Shown here: piece by piece, positions 1 through 12,880 of the stretch
Numbering within the stretch: position 1 is the first letter of the stretch
Layout of the letters: every line of letters begins with the position of its first letter
Notes under the pieces: model-generated
Seen by the model: the letters and a program-made list of their open reading frames with translations, nothing else
The model's database searches: none
What the model was told of the DNA's origin: nothing
Position numbers and translations under genes: made by a program
Assembly: GCA_002269645.1 (NCBI GenBank)
Contig: NIVC01002860.1
Location: 1 to 64,000 of the forward strand
From: Macrostomum lignano
Taxonomy: Eukaryota
Reading direction: 5' to 3'
Length of the DNA stretch: 64,000 nt

Positions 1-558
1 CTGGATGTCGGAAAAACTAGACCGCTCTTTGCGCGCGACCACAGCTACCTCCCCTTGAGCCTGAGAACTCAGCAGGCCGGAGCTCCCGCGTCATCTGCAA
101 GCCGAGATCGCTCGCTTAAGTTTGTTTGAATGCGTAGAAACCGCGACCGCAGATTTGAACGGCTGAGATGAACGAATTAAATCTCGACCAGACGTCACAA
201 CAGACGAAACCCTGCCGACCTTATTATCATCTGTGAGAATATATGTTGGCAACGCTGGCGCGAAAATGGTGTTTCTGGATTACCATAATCTGTGGCCTAT
301 ATTCGAAAGATATGGCGAATATGAATCCGTGATATGAATTTCAAAACAGCATTTTTTAGTTCAGTAGATCAAAGCGGCAAAGCCCATAGAAAAAATTATG
401 GAGGTCATGCTGTTAAAAATTAATAGTTTTGTTAGTCCTAGACCAAATTTATAAAATGTCTTTGTACTATTAGAATTTCATTGGCCCTGGACATTCTACC
501 TACACTACACGACTTTATAGTTCTTAGGTTCTTTCGCGTTTTTTTTGGTATTAAATTT

Positions 559-1155
559 GGTTTCAACCTACTTCGGCGAAAGAATTTTCGGCGAAAGTCA
601 AAAACGGCGAAAAATACTTTCGCAATGACCATTTGTCTAAAGCTGACCATTTCGGCGAAAAATTTATTCTAAGCTTCGCTGAGAAGTTTTTTGTTTTAGA
701 AGTAAGCTAAAAAAACGACGAACTTTAAAAAAGACTAATTTTATCTTAGCATGTTTTTGTTTTGTCGGCAGTTTAATTTAGTTGTTTTATTAGATGCCCT
801 TCCATTACGGCGGAATTTCAAAGTACGATTTTAAGAGCCTGGTGATTTAATCTGAAAAACCACACCGTCATCATCCCTAATCTATTGACTGCATATCGAT
901 AGATCGCATGTACATAACATAGCTACGAGCTAAGTCATGAGTTTTTTAATTTTCTAACTGCAAATAATTTGCAGCAATGAACAATTTATTAAAAGCTATA
1001 ATCACCAAAGTGGTATATTTGCAATATATACGTAGCCCATCTTTTCGCCGCACTGGTCACTTTCTTTCGCCGAAATGTACATCTATTGAAACTTAAAATT
1101 CACTTTCGCTGAAGCGTCCTTCGCCGAAAATTCTTTCGCCGAAATGGCTGCACCC
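559..1155. mobile_element. Non-autonomous DNA transposon (MITE, MULE/hAT-like)
   Basis: TTCGGCGAAAGAATTTTCGGCGAA at 572-595 is an exact inverted repeat of 1120-1143; GG...CC termini; flanked by TTAAATTT(G) at 551-558 and 1156-1163 (8-9 bp TSD); scattered internal TTCGGCGAA motifs. Confidence 0.75.
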
Positions 1156-4100
1156 TTAAATTTGAAGCTTGCATGACGCTTATTAATTTATTAGACAGGT
1201 ACACTTTAAATGAAAATTGCTTACTTGGTGGATTTGAGAGGGGCCATGGCCTTTTGGCTTTCCCTTCGCTTCAGTTTCAGCTTAGCTTAAGCAGTTTTTA
1301 AGCTTAGCTTAGACCTAGCTATGTTATGGCCAAAAATTTGCCATCAAAGGGACATAGGAAGTAGGTATAGATTGTAACAATTATACCTAGCTAGGACACA
1401 ATCTAAATTGTGTAGAAGCAAAAATTTTGTAGGCAAACATTGTTAAGCATGCCCTCAATCCTTCATGTCATGCTTAGGCAAACATCTTGGTCTTAAAGCA
1501 GGTCTTTTAGGCACTTGATATTAATCTTTACTATTTATTTATCAGCCTAGGCCTAGGGCCCTAGGCCCCTATGCACTCTAAAAAATAAAGACAAGTTATA
1601 AAATATGAGGCCTAGTTGAAGAAAAGTTTTACTTTAAGCTTAGTAATTTTTTGGTGTAGCTAGGCTCTACCCTTAAATATGCATGCTAAATTCAAAATAG
1701 TGCCAAACCATACTCCAGGGTAAATCTCAACACAGAAGTAAAAAAATTGACAAAAAATAAAAGTTCTGTGGCATGCAAAATAATGCTTTACCTCTGAAGA
1801 TTAAACAATAATATAATAATTTTTCTACTTAAAACCACAAGTAGGCCTGAATTTCAAGAAGAATGCTGTTTGTTTTTTCGAAGGGTATTCTGACAACGAT
1901 TAATACCGAAGATAAACTGTTTGTTTATTTAACATACAAAATTGTAGTTTTTGTTTTTTAGAGTTAAATTTCTATTGGTTTGTAGTATACACAAAATATT
2001 CTTTGTTTTTAAGAAACATTTTGTTATAAATTGAGGCTGTTTATAGTTACTTAATTTAACGTGCTAAGAATCTGCCTGATTTAATATAAACGGAATATAC
2101 GGTACCTAAACCATTTTTTATATATATATCGACAACATATCCCGTTGACGGACTGATAACGAACGGAGTTTATTATTGATGGCAATGAAACGACGCCAAT
2201 TGGTTTATTTATCTTTACTAAAATTTAATATGGCGAAACTACAAATTCTGTAATATTCAGACTGACACCGATGGATCATGGATCTAGTATTCAACTTGAA
2301 CATATTTTAATTAAGCAAATGTATTGAATTTTCTTTAAATTACACGTTTGTCTCTTTAATTCAACTGAATCAAGTTTTGCAACTATCAAATTGCAAGCCA
2401 TACCACAAAAATAACACCAATACTTTCCCTTAATTTCTTGACAAAGAACTCAAAGCTGCTGTTCTCTCATACTGCTAAAAAGCTAGAAGTTAAAAAATAT
2501 ACTTATACATTTTACTTTTGAAGTTTTGACTAAGGTTTCCATCACTGATCAAATATATCGTCTGTAGAATGTAGATGTTTGTTTGTAAATTAAAGCAAAA
2601 CAAAAAATTGCATGTATATTTCCCATTTCTACTTTAAAATGTGCAAGAAAAAACAGACTGAAACAGATACTTGAACTGCACTGGACTTATATAAAGAAGT
2701 GCAGACCATAAAAATGCAATGAAATTAAAAGCGTACAGTTACTCGCACTGGGAAAATGTACAACAGTAAATAAAAGCCAAAAAGATACTGGCAAAAAGAA
2801 AAAAAAAACAGAAAACTTACAGACTGAAAAATACTATATAAAGCAGATATGGCACTGAAAACTAAGAAAAATGTAAATGGCAAATGGCAAATGTTAAACT
2901 GGAAACTAAAACATATATATATGCTGAGAGAAAGGTAATACAGTATGCTAAGAGAAAGCAACAGATGTACAGGCCAGGATAAGATGCAACTGACAGTACA
3001 AATACAGTATATAGGATTTCAAACTCTTACATAGATGTGTTAGTTTTTATGCCCAACACTGTAACTACACAGTGCACATGTGAAACAATGTGCATGTGTG
3101 GCATTTGGCATTGGCCCAGCCCAGCAATTCTTTCTACCCTCATGACTGCTATGCCATCATGGCCAACACTCCCTTCTTGCACTGTACTATAGAGATACAT
3201 ATAAATATATTCTATTATCATGCAATATCCACTTTTATTCCAGACAAGAAATGAATTTTGAAGTAAATTTGTGTATTGTAGAAAATAGAAACCATATAAG
3301 AATGAGGTATTATCATCTTAATGTTATCTGGTATCAATTTAAAGAAAATAACTGTAGTAATTTTAGGAATGTCTACATTGAAAATTGCCAAAATTTGCAA
3401 ATAGACAGATAGACTCTCACTTTGTATTTTTGTAAATGAATACCAAGATAGCAGAGTACAATTGAAAATGACTAAATAGAAATAATAGATATGGCATTCA
3501 AATTGCAAGGTAAACATATACTGCTACACACAGATATTGAGATATAAATACAAATAGAAGTAGATAGATTGTGCTTCCTAATTATGAGTAAAAAGGCTTT
3601 CTAAGGTGTCATTAAATACAATAAAAGTATGCAATACCAGGATTCTTTTTGCTTTCTCCTAACCATGCAAACTGTTTCTAAGGGTTCCTGTTCCTGCCAT
3701 ACCTATTGTCTTTTGCTAGCCCAAATAGGCATTCAAATATGATAACATTGGAGGAATATATTAAATACATTGGCAAAAACAAATTAGAATATTTATATGG
3801 ATTACCAAACATTAGAGCTCAAAATATACACATAAGATCAAAATTGAATATCATTACAAGCGAATTCATCAAAGATTTTCATACAAAAATAAACAAACTG
3901 CTTACTTAAGTATGTTAGTTGGCTATAAATGGTAAAAACCCATATAATGAACTTAATAAGGTCTATACTTCTTTAGTAAAATCACAAGAACATGCAATAA
4001 AAAACTACTCTTTGTTTAGTATTTTTCTACATAATAACAAGTTTTGGGAACATTTACATGCTTATGAGCTGAGTAAACTTACACCTTACAGGAAATTTTG

Positions 4101-4911
4101 TGCTCATGAAAAAAGTCAAAATGTAACATCAATAGGCATAAGTAAGTAACAATGCATTGACAGTCGCAGATAAAACAAAATAACAATATTTAAAATGTCT
4201 CTGAAAGAATGAATCACTAAAGATCAAAATGTTTGGCGTTGTTTATCAGAAAACCTACACCTTACAGGAATTTTTCAACAGTAGACAAGTGTCATGCAAT
4301 TAAGACAGGGCTAAATAAGTTCATAAATATTGAAAACACAGCCGTAAAATATCCACAAGCTCACAGATAAAGGTTTTCCCCTATATTTTCAGTCATTGTC
4401 CCATAGACAAAAATAGTACACGTACACAAAAGAGCGTTATGAAACAAAAAAACGTACTTAAAGTACAAGTCAGAAAAATACGTTTTCGGTCGCTATCGCC
4501 ACGATAAAAGCATAAGCTCTGGCTAAAAGTTTAAAGACACATTTTTCAATCAGTTTTTTATAAATAAAAGTTAAATTTATGTACAAATACTTCTGGTTTA
4601 ACAATTAAATTCATGCTGAAAGAAAAAATTTGTTTATAACTTACGTATATTTCAATTTGAGATTTACCCTCCATAGTTCAAATCATATATTAATGTATGC
4701 CACAGTCCAATCAGTGGGAAAAGCATGCTTTTGTTTGTATGCTAGGACTAAAAATATGTCATTAAGAGTGTTTGTGTTTCTACTATATTTGTATCATCAT
4801 GTAGGCTTATACTAGGATGTTTATTAAAGTAATGTATATTGAAAATTGCTAATACCTCTATTGTAACTTGTATGCCAGGAAATCCTAGCATACATGATAT
4901 ATGTCAATTGC

Positions 4912-5767
4912 GGTTCCTGGACACTTTGTCATCTTACCAGTTCGTCATCCAGATGATGAAGTGACCATGGTTTTTGGACACTTCATCATACAAAAAAATT
5001 GTTAGAAATCTAGATGACGAAGTGACCAAATTTTAAGGACACTTCGTCATCGCAAGATTTCGCAAAGCTGTAAAATTGTTATTCGATTGTTTTTTATATA
5101 TGTAAATTGTTTCTCAATCAATAGTATGTAAAATATATGATTAAATACACGTTTAGGGATTCAACTTCTTGCTATAATTGGCATCTAAATGCACGCTATA
5201 TGTGTACAAGTGTTGATTGTAATTTTATTATAGCTTTGCTTCCACAACCATGTGTGGAGTTGTAACAATGTAGATTTAATTATGTTTATGAATAGTGTAT
5301 TTTTTAGTATTTATTATTATTTATTTTTTAAATTGTATTTAATTTTGCTATTCAGGTATGCAAATTTACAATTCATTATTATTTTTGTTTCATTGTATGA
5401 TTACAAGATTTTGTATGGTATTCAAAACCGCGAGTAGAATTTAATTTTGTACTGATCGCGATATCTTCTCTTCTCCAGCTCTTCCCCTGTCGTAGTTAAT
5501 CCACATTAATTATCAGTTAGTTAATCAATTAGTTAATACTCAGTGTAGCCACCTATATTTATGACTACTCAATACAACTTAGCTGACAAAGTTACATATA
5601 GCTATTCATTCAATAAGTTTTTCAGACAAAGTGGATGACGAAGTGTCCAGGGAGTAGATGACGATGTGTCCACAATAGTATCGTAGATGACAAAGTGGTA
5701 AGATGACGAAGTGTCTAGAAATATGAGTGGATGACGAAGTAGTAAGATGACGAAGTGTCCAGGAACC
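4912..5767. mobile_element. Non-autonomous Mutator-like element, 856 bp
   Basis: TIR GGTTCCTGGACACTT... 36/39 identical between ends; perfect 9-bp TSD GTCAATTGC at 4903-4911 and 5768-5776; subterminal GATGACGAAGTG repeats. Confidence 0.85.
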
Positions 5768-7920
5768 GTCAATTGCTTTCTAAACTATAAATAGGCCTAC
5801 CAAACAATGTAGTATTAGGGATATATCCAAAAGTTTCATTTTCAGGATAAGAGGGCTAGTTGGGGCCTAATAAAAACTAAAGGGGCAATTATAATACTAT
5901 CAAAGAGTAGAAAAAAAGAAAGATAAGAGAGCAAAGATAAGACAGAAAAGATGAAGGAATATTGACAAGAGAATGGAGAGAGAAAAGATAGGGAAAAAAA
6001 TACATAAGAAAAAGAAAATAGAAGAAACAAAAAAGAAGATATAAGTTTCAAAGGATCTAAGAAGAATAAAGCAAGGTAGAGACAAAGGCCAGAGCACCTA
6101 GTCAACAAGATCAATGCTTGCTTCTAATCTTAATTTTATACAATTTATTCTATTTATATTCATCTCTATCCTAATGATTAGGCCCTAAGGCCTAACAAGT
6201 TTTTGTTTGAGTATGACTTCAAATTTAATAGTAAACTATTGTTTCTAAAATTAAAATTGTTAAAAAGAAAAAAAGGGTTTTTCAAATTCTTTTTTAAAAA
6301 ATCCAAAGTAGGCCTTAAAATAGTAGAGAACCTATGGCCTAACAGGCCCTCCGTGACCCTCCCTTAGTTGCATCACTGGGTAGCAAAGGCTTAATTCAAT
6401 TCTAATATTAACATGCTTTATTTAATTAATAAAAGAATAAATATATTTTATTTGTTACAAATGATCATTGACATTAATATTAGGCCTAGTCAGCTCTATA
6501 AGGTTCTTAATAGAGGAAACTAATTGTAAATTGATACATGGCAAGATATAGAGGCAATGGTTCTTAATCATTTTGCCATTTGTCATTTTATTATCTAGGG
6601 CAGGGGTCCTTTAGCCCTTAGGTCCTTTGAAACTTTATAGTAGCAATCTGGCCTAATTTAGGTTTATGTCTCTTCTCTTTTCTTTTCTCTTATCCCATTT
6701 ATTTTTCCCTTTTCCTTTCTCTTTTTTTCTGTCTTCTTCTCTTTTGTCCTTTCTTTTCCTATCCTCTTTTTTCTTTTATCCTTTCTTTTTTCTCTCCTTT
6801 CTTATATTCTACTTTTTCCTCTCTTATTTTATTCTTTCTTATCCTTTTCTTTCTTCTCTCTTGTCTTCTCCTCCTTTGTTTTAGTCACTTTGTTATCTTA
6901 AGTAGCATATACTAACCTAACTGAGGAAGTATTTTCATTATCTACTAAGCATGTCTATTCTAAGCAAATTATAGTCAGAAAAATTATAAATGAAGTAAAA
7001 GTTTGAAATGTTTAGATTTTGGATAAAAATTTTAATATTCGAGACTTGATATCCATTTTTTAATATTAGTGACTTTCTCACTAGAAGATTATTACAGTGT
7101 CTAAATTTCTAGTTAAATAGCTTTGTATATATTGTTATCTATATTCAATGCAATTTTATTTATTATTAATGGCTACTTTGCTCCTTGTCACTTCATTATA
7201 TAATATGATAAAATAGAATATAATAATCTAACTAGCAACCATGACAAGTTTAGCATATTGTATTTTGAAAATTGTATTCTTTTGTTATAGTTTAGTTCTA
7301 GTTATATATTGATAAGTTAAACCATCTCATATGTAGTATTTTTCAACTGGCCAAATATGTGTATAATAATATAGGTCTTTTTCTATTAAGCATCATTTCT
7401 TATAGATTTCACATTTGATATAGATTGTGCCCCCTATAGACACACTTCCATAGTCAGGAAACTTATCTTTGTTAAAATAGGAAAAACTATCCCCATTCTT
7501 AAAAGGATAAAAATGCTTTTATAAAGTTGGCCTTATCTGGATTTGCTATTGATAACACAGAATATTAAACAATAAAGTCAATAATATGGCATTCAGAAAT
7601 TGAAACTATGCAATTAGTCTTAATTGCTTTAGCCTTATATTATTAAATATTAAATTGTCAGAGTATAGTTGATTTGAAACTTTAAAAAAAAGGTAATGAA
7701 AATTTCATAAATATGATTCACTATATTATTTTTTGACATAATAGGAGTTAAATAAAGTTTTTTTATGCAAACAGAGCATTCAAGAATAAACTGAAGCATA
7801 TTTTTGCCTTAAGGCAGTTATTTGCATTTGAATTTGTCATGTCTTTGATGCATTTTGTTTGAGTTATATTATAGAACTATGGAAAAATATTGACTTTCTG
7901 CATTCACATCTGTGCACAGA

Positions 7921-8001
7921 ATGGCAGAAAGCAATGACCAACCAGTTCCCAAAACGGAATTGGAAGAAATTCAACTTCTAATGAATCAAAAAACTGATGA
8001 G
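7921..8001 (+). CDS. SNAP25: SNAP-25 first coding exon 1a ([27 protein letters not shown])
   Basis: ATG at 7921, phase-0 donor GAG|GTATGT at 8002, acceptor-like CAG at 7917-7919; TELEEIQ...DE matches the canonical SNAP-25 N-terminus. Confidence 0.92.
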
Positions 8002-11000
8002 GTATGTTTTATTAACAGTTTCAGTTTTATTGCACTTCTAGGTAGTACAAAATTTTTAGCATTCAAAGCACTGTTTTTTAGGTATGCTACTTACCAGTAG
8101 AGTGATCAGTGTATATACTTGTTTTATAGATTGCATAGTCTACTGGCCATGCCTGGTAAGTGCATATTGGCTTGTAAGTTAATGCTAGATCTATTTACAG
8201 TTGATCTGTGATCAGTTCTTTCAGTTATTATTTTTGTTTTTTAATTGAATTTTTATTTCGTCTAAAGGAAGTATTTTACATTTTTCTATCATTTTTTTCT
8301 TTACTTTACTTACTTCACCTTTCTTTTCTTGGTTGTTATTGACGATTGCTGTGCCCTTTAAGCTGATTTTTTATATCCTTAATCAGCTGATTTTGTTGCT
8401 TGAGTGCCATTCAATAGTTCAGCATTGCTGAAAGATCTGGACGCGAAGGTCGTACAGTCTTGGAAAGCTTTTAGCATGGGCCACTTAGATATTACTGCTT
8501 CTCTACTTTGAGTTCAGTAGTAATGAAGAATGTGTAAGCTATTTCATGAAAAGAAAGACAGTTTGGGATGTCTGCACTTTTAGATGTCTATCTAACACAC
8601 CCAAATATGTCTATGGCCTAACACACCCAAGCATGTCTATGGCCTAGACAGAGCTTTGACTTTGAGTTGTTCCTCCGCCCTCTTACTCCCCAAAAAGGTA
8701 GTTAAATTGTTTTGGAAACAATTAACAATAGTACATCTGCGCGTTGAACTATCGTGGTTTTGGGTTATTAATGATTGCTAGCAACCATAATAATTATAAT
8801 AATTAATATAGGATTTTTCGTTTGATTTCATGAAATTGTCATTTGATTTCGTCCATAGAAGTTGGCAGCGCGGCCATAGAGTCTATGGCAATAAAGTGCG
8901 CTGTTTTCCGATTGAATTCATGACTTTGCCACTTCATTTCGACTTGACGCGCGGAGTGGCTCAAACACTGCCAGAGGGGGCTGGGATATCAGTGGGTGAA
9001 TATCTATGGCCAAACCTCTCATAGAAATGAAAAGCCTATATGAACGTGTCCTCTTGGGCAAGAGTCACCTTCCTTGTGTGCCTAAAAATGGCTGCATACG
9101 CGTCCATTGGAAACGTATAAACGCGGCCAATCGTATTCAACTGTGAACTAACTCTGCCACCGTACTCTCCATTTCTTAACGCCGCGGAGCAGGCACACAG
9201 TTGTCTCAAGGCTTCGCTTAAACGCCAGCTAGCAACACCTGAGCTTCAACAGGAACTTAGCTATCCGCCTGATGGCATCAACCTAACGCAGTGGAGACTC
9301 ATGATGCTTTTCCGCTGCGGCTACGTTGCACTAGAGGAAATTTCCGCCGCGAAGTTCTTGCCTGGGAACGACATGTGATGCGGTTTCTGCCCCTGTGCAT
9401 CAATGAGCAGCAGATAATGTGAAATTTGTAGCTTGTTGCAGCGAACGAGCATTAACTTTGGCGGACATAACTGATTTCACTGATTGCAACTGCCTACTTC
9501 CTCATGTGACTTAAATACACAGCTTTCTGTTTTTAACAGTTCTTTCTGTACTGGACAAGCGCATCGACTTTTCTGTTGCCTTTCTACTGGGTATGTCGAA
9601 ATGAAGTGGCAAAGTTATGAATTCAATTGGAAAACAGCGCACTTTATTGCCATAGACTCTATGGCCGCGCTGCCAACTTCTATGGACGAAATCAAATGAC
9701 AATTTTATGAAATCAAACGAAAAATCCTATAATTGATTACACGTGCCCTAATGGGCAGATGTGCAACCGACAGCTCAGCCGCAGCTATTGCGCGGCGCAT
9801 CTGAAGGCTGCGTACGGCTGTAGCAACCATGCATGTAGGCAAAAGTGCGTGCTTCTTCGAAAGCAGAAATTGAAGCGACTCGCCGCTTGTCGGCTAAACA
9901 CTTAGCAAGGCCCATCTTTCTGACTTCTTCCGCAGGCGATTAGCTCTGCAGCATCTGCTTCTGCAAAGCCTTAAGCGCCTGAGCTCCCCGTGGATTTAGG
10001 ACAGGGCCTCTTTATATAAATAGTCGCCTCTGGCTAGCAACTGAATGTCATGCAAAAATTCGAGCAGTTATCATCCCATTGGATAGATAGGGGGTGCGGG
10101 AAGTTGTGGCCCGCCTGGCTTCGCTGAGTTCGCGCGTGCTGATGTGTGCGTTTTTTATTACACTCATTTGAGAGGCTTCGTGTGGCCTTGATTGGGTTAA
10201 TTTCCCTGCTGGCTGACACTGGCAAATCAGACTCATTCTCTTCCTCTTGGCTATCTCACTGCTGCTGCTTATGCCTCTGGCCCGCCTGCGCTGTCCCATC
10301 AAATCAAATATCCAACGATGGAGCAGACAGGCGGGAAGCACAGACAGGCGGCTGTCTTGCGTCCCCCGCCGCCGCTGCCGAAGCTTCCGCTTGCCTTGCT
10401 CGGATTCTGCCTGCCTCCCTTGTCCAGTCGAGGAAAGGAAAGGAAATGAGAGAGATGAGAAGCTCGGGGTACCGGTCAGCTCTGAGTTTGTCCATCGGGC
10501 CTAACGATTGCTTCGCTTAACAACTTTATTATTGTTGTTGTACCCGTTATAGTCTGGTCTGTATGTACGGTCACCATTGAGTATCTTTTGAGTATCGGCA
10601 TCCAGTAGAAGTTCAATTAGACATGATTTTCCTTAAACAAAGCCCATAAATTTCATGAAACCTAGCATAGATATGAACAGACTGAACTGCTAATGTAGCT
10701 ACCGGGTTTGACTTTATTAATTAAAATCTTTTTAAACTGAGGCAGATTTAACGAAAAGGAATTAAAATAAAAGATTCACCATGTCAACTATAAAAAGCCT
10801 CATGTCAGCCATAAAACAATCGCCATGTCAGCCATAAAACAATCGCCATGTCAACCATAAAACAATCGCCATGTCAGCCATAAAACAATCGCCATGTCAG
10901 CCATAAAACAATCGCCATGTCAGCCATAAAACAATCGCCATATCAGCCATAAAACAATCGCCATATCAGCCATAAAACAATCGCCATGTCAGCCATAAAA

Positions 11001-12833
11001 CAATCGCCATGTCAGCCATAAAACAATCGCCATATCAGCCATAAAACAATCGCCATGTCAGCCATAAAACAATCGCCATGTCAGCCATAAAACAATCGCC
11101 ATGTCAGCCATAAAACAATCGCCATATCAGCCATAAAACAATCGCCATGTCAGCCATAAAACAATCGCCATGTCAGCCATAAAACAATCGCCATGTCAGC
11201 CATAAAACAATCGCCATATCAGCCATAAAACAATCGCCATGTCAACCATCAAAGAATCGTCTTTTTGGCTTTTTAGCTTTTTCTTTTGTACACCATTTTC
11301 GTTAAGAAACTAACAATAACTGCTGTACCAAATCACCAAAAAACATCAAGCTCGGCCGAACCCTAATGTGCTGTGTGGCTATCGGTGCGTGGCTTTGGAA
11401 GTTGGGACTCTGCAGACTCCAGCTCTGAATTCGTTTAACGGTTTAACTTAACTTTCATTTTTACAATCTCCTCGCCCTGAGCTTTATTGATCCCTGAGCG
11501 TGTGCGGGAAGTGGCAAAGGTAGCCGTCTGCCGCCTCCCTTTCTCAATTTCCTCTGCTGAATGTCTCAGACTGTGCTGGGTGTTACACGCTAGAAAATTA
11601 AACCCCACGGCATAGTGCATGCACGGAGCAACGGGGCTTCTAGTTGTAAAAAATCGACTTTTCTCTCTTCCCTGGCTGATGCTGATGAAGCTTTAGCTGA
11701 GGAGGCTAAAGGTTGGGTGGATCCGCCGTGGGCAAGTGGCAAGCTGCTAGTTGTCAGGCATGCGACCTTGAGACCTAGAGCAGTTATCCTCCCCTTCTGC
11801 AGCTCCAGCTGGACTACTTTTCCGTCCCAGTCTCCAGCCCCCCACACTCCATCCTTTCCATTTCTGCCTTGACTATTAGTGCGAGCCGGCTGCTGCTGCT
11901 GCAACTACTTGCTTACTTTGAAAGAGAAGAAGAGGAATTGTCGGCAGAGCCATTCAGCCTACCGCAGTTATCCCACCTCAGTGGCCCGCCGTCTCAGCCA
12001 CAGTGTCTATGGCTCGGGGTCTGCCTCGCATTGAGCCGTCCTAATTCTCCCCAATCCCAGTCTGCCTGTAGAAAACTCGCCCTCTCAACTCCCCCGCTCC
12101 AGCCTCAGGCTGAGCCTGGCGGGCTATGCAAACTCTTTCCCCGAGCCTGCCAGCCAACCCGCGGGCTCGGCTCCCAGTTATTCCTGGCACTCCTCCCCTG
12201 TCTCTCTGTCTACCCGGTTACTATCGACCGGGCTTGAAATAAAAGTGACAATACTAGGATATGAATGAGACGGCAGGTCGGAGCGGCTCCGTGGGTGTCT
12301 GTTTATCCCAGTGAGCCCATCAGTTTTCCCGGTAACTCCGTCTGAATAAAAATAATTGTCGAGGCGCCCAGGATGTCTAATCGGCGAAACCAGCCCGCTG
12401 ATGTCGGGGGCGTCCATCTGGACGAGAATGGCGAGCCGCGTCCGCTCACCGAGGCCGAGGAGCTCATGATGGAGATCGACCGGGCTCAGAACGAAGTGCG
12501 TTTCATTGCTCATTTGCACCTCCCCCGCCAATCGGAATCCTCCTTTGACAGCCGTCTTTGTCCCCCTTCCTGCCAGGGGGTTACTGCTCAGTTCTCATTG
12601 CTTAATTATTGTATGAACTTCCGCATTTCCAGCTTCTCTCCATTTCCACGATTAAATGAACTTCTATTGGAGAGAAAGGCTCTGCGCGAGTTTGAAGGGA
12701 TTAGGCTTGACAAAGCAGCGCAGAGGAGACAGGCAGTGAAGTGCAGTCGGACGGATTGGTGGGAAGAATAACCGGGCTAAGACATTGCAGACAGAAAAAC
12801 AGACTGACTGAAAAAACAGACTAGCAGATAGGT

Positions 12834-12880
<47 letters not shown>

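Noticed and set aside
3706-4300. AT-rich ORF fragments, possibly a decayed LINE
   Set aside because: Multiple stops and no diagnostic motif I can name; needs BLASTX against TE proteins.
5842-6884. Purine tract (5860-6090) and pyrimidine tract (6665-6885) as an inverted repeat or membrane-protein ORFs
   Set aside because: Similar only in composition, not alignable; the F/S/L-rich ORFs are low-complexity artefacts.
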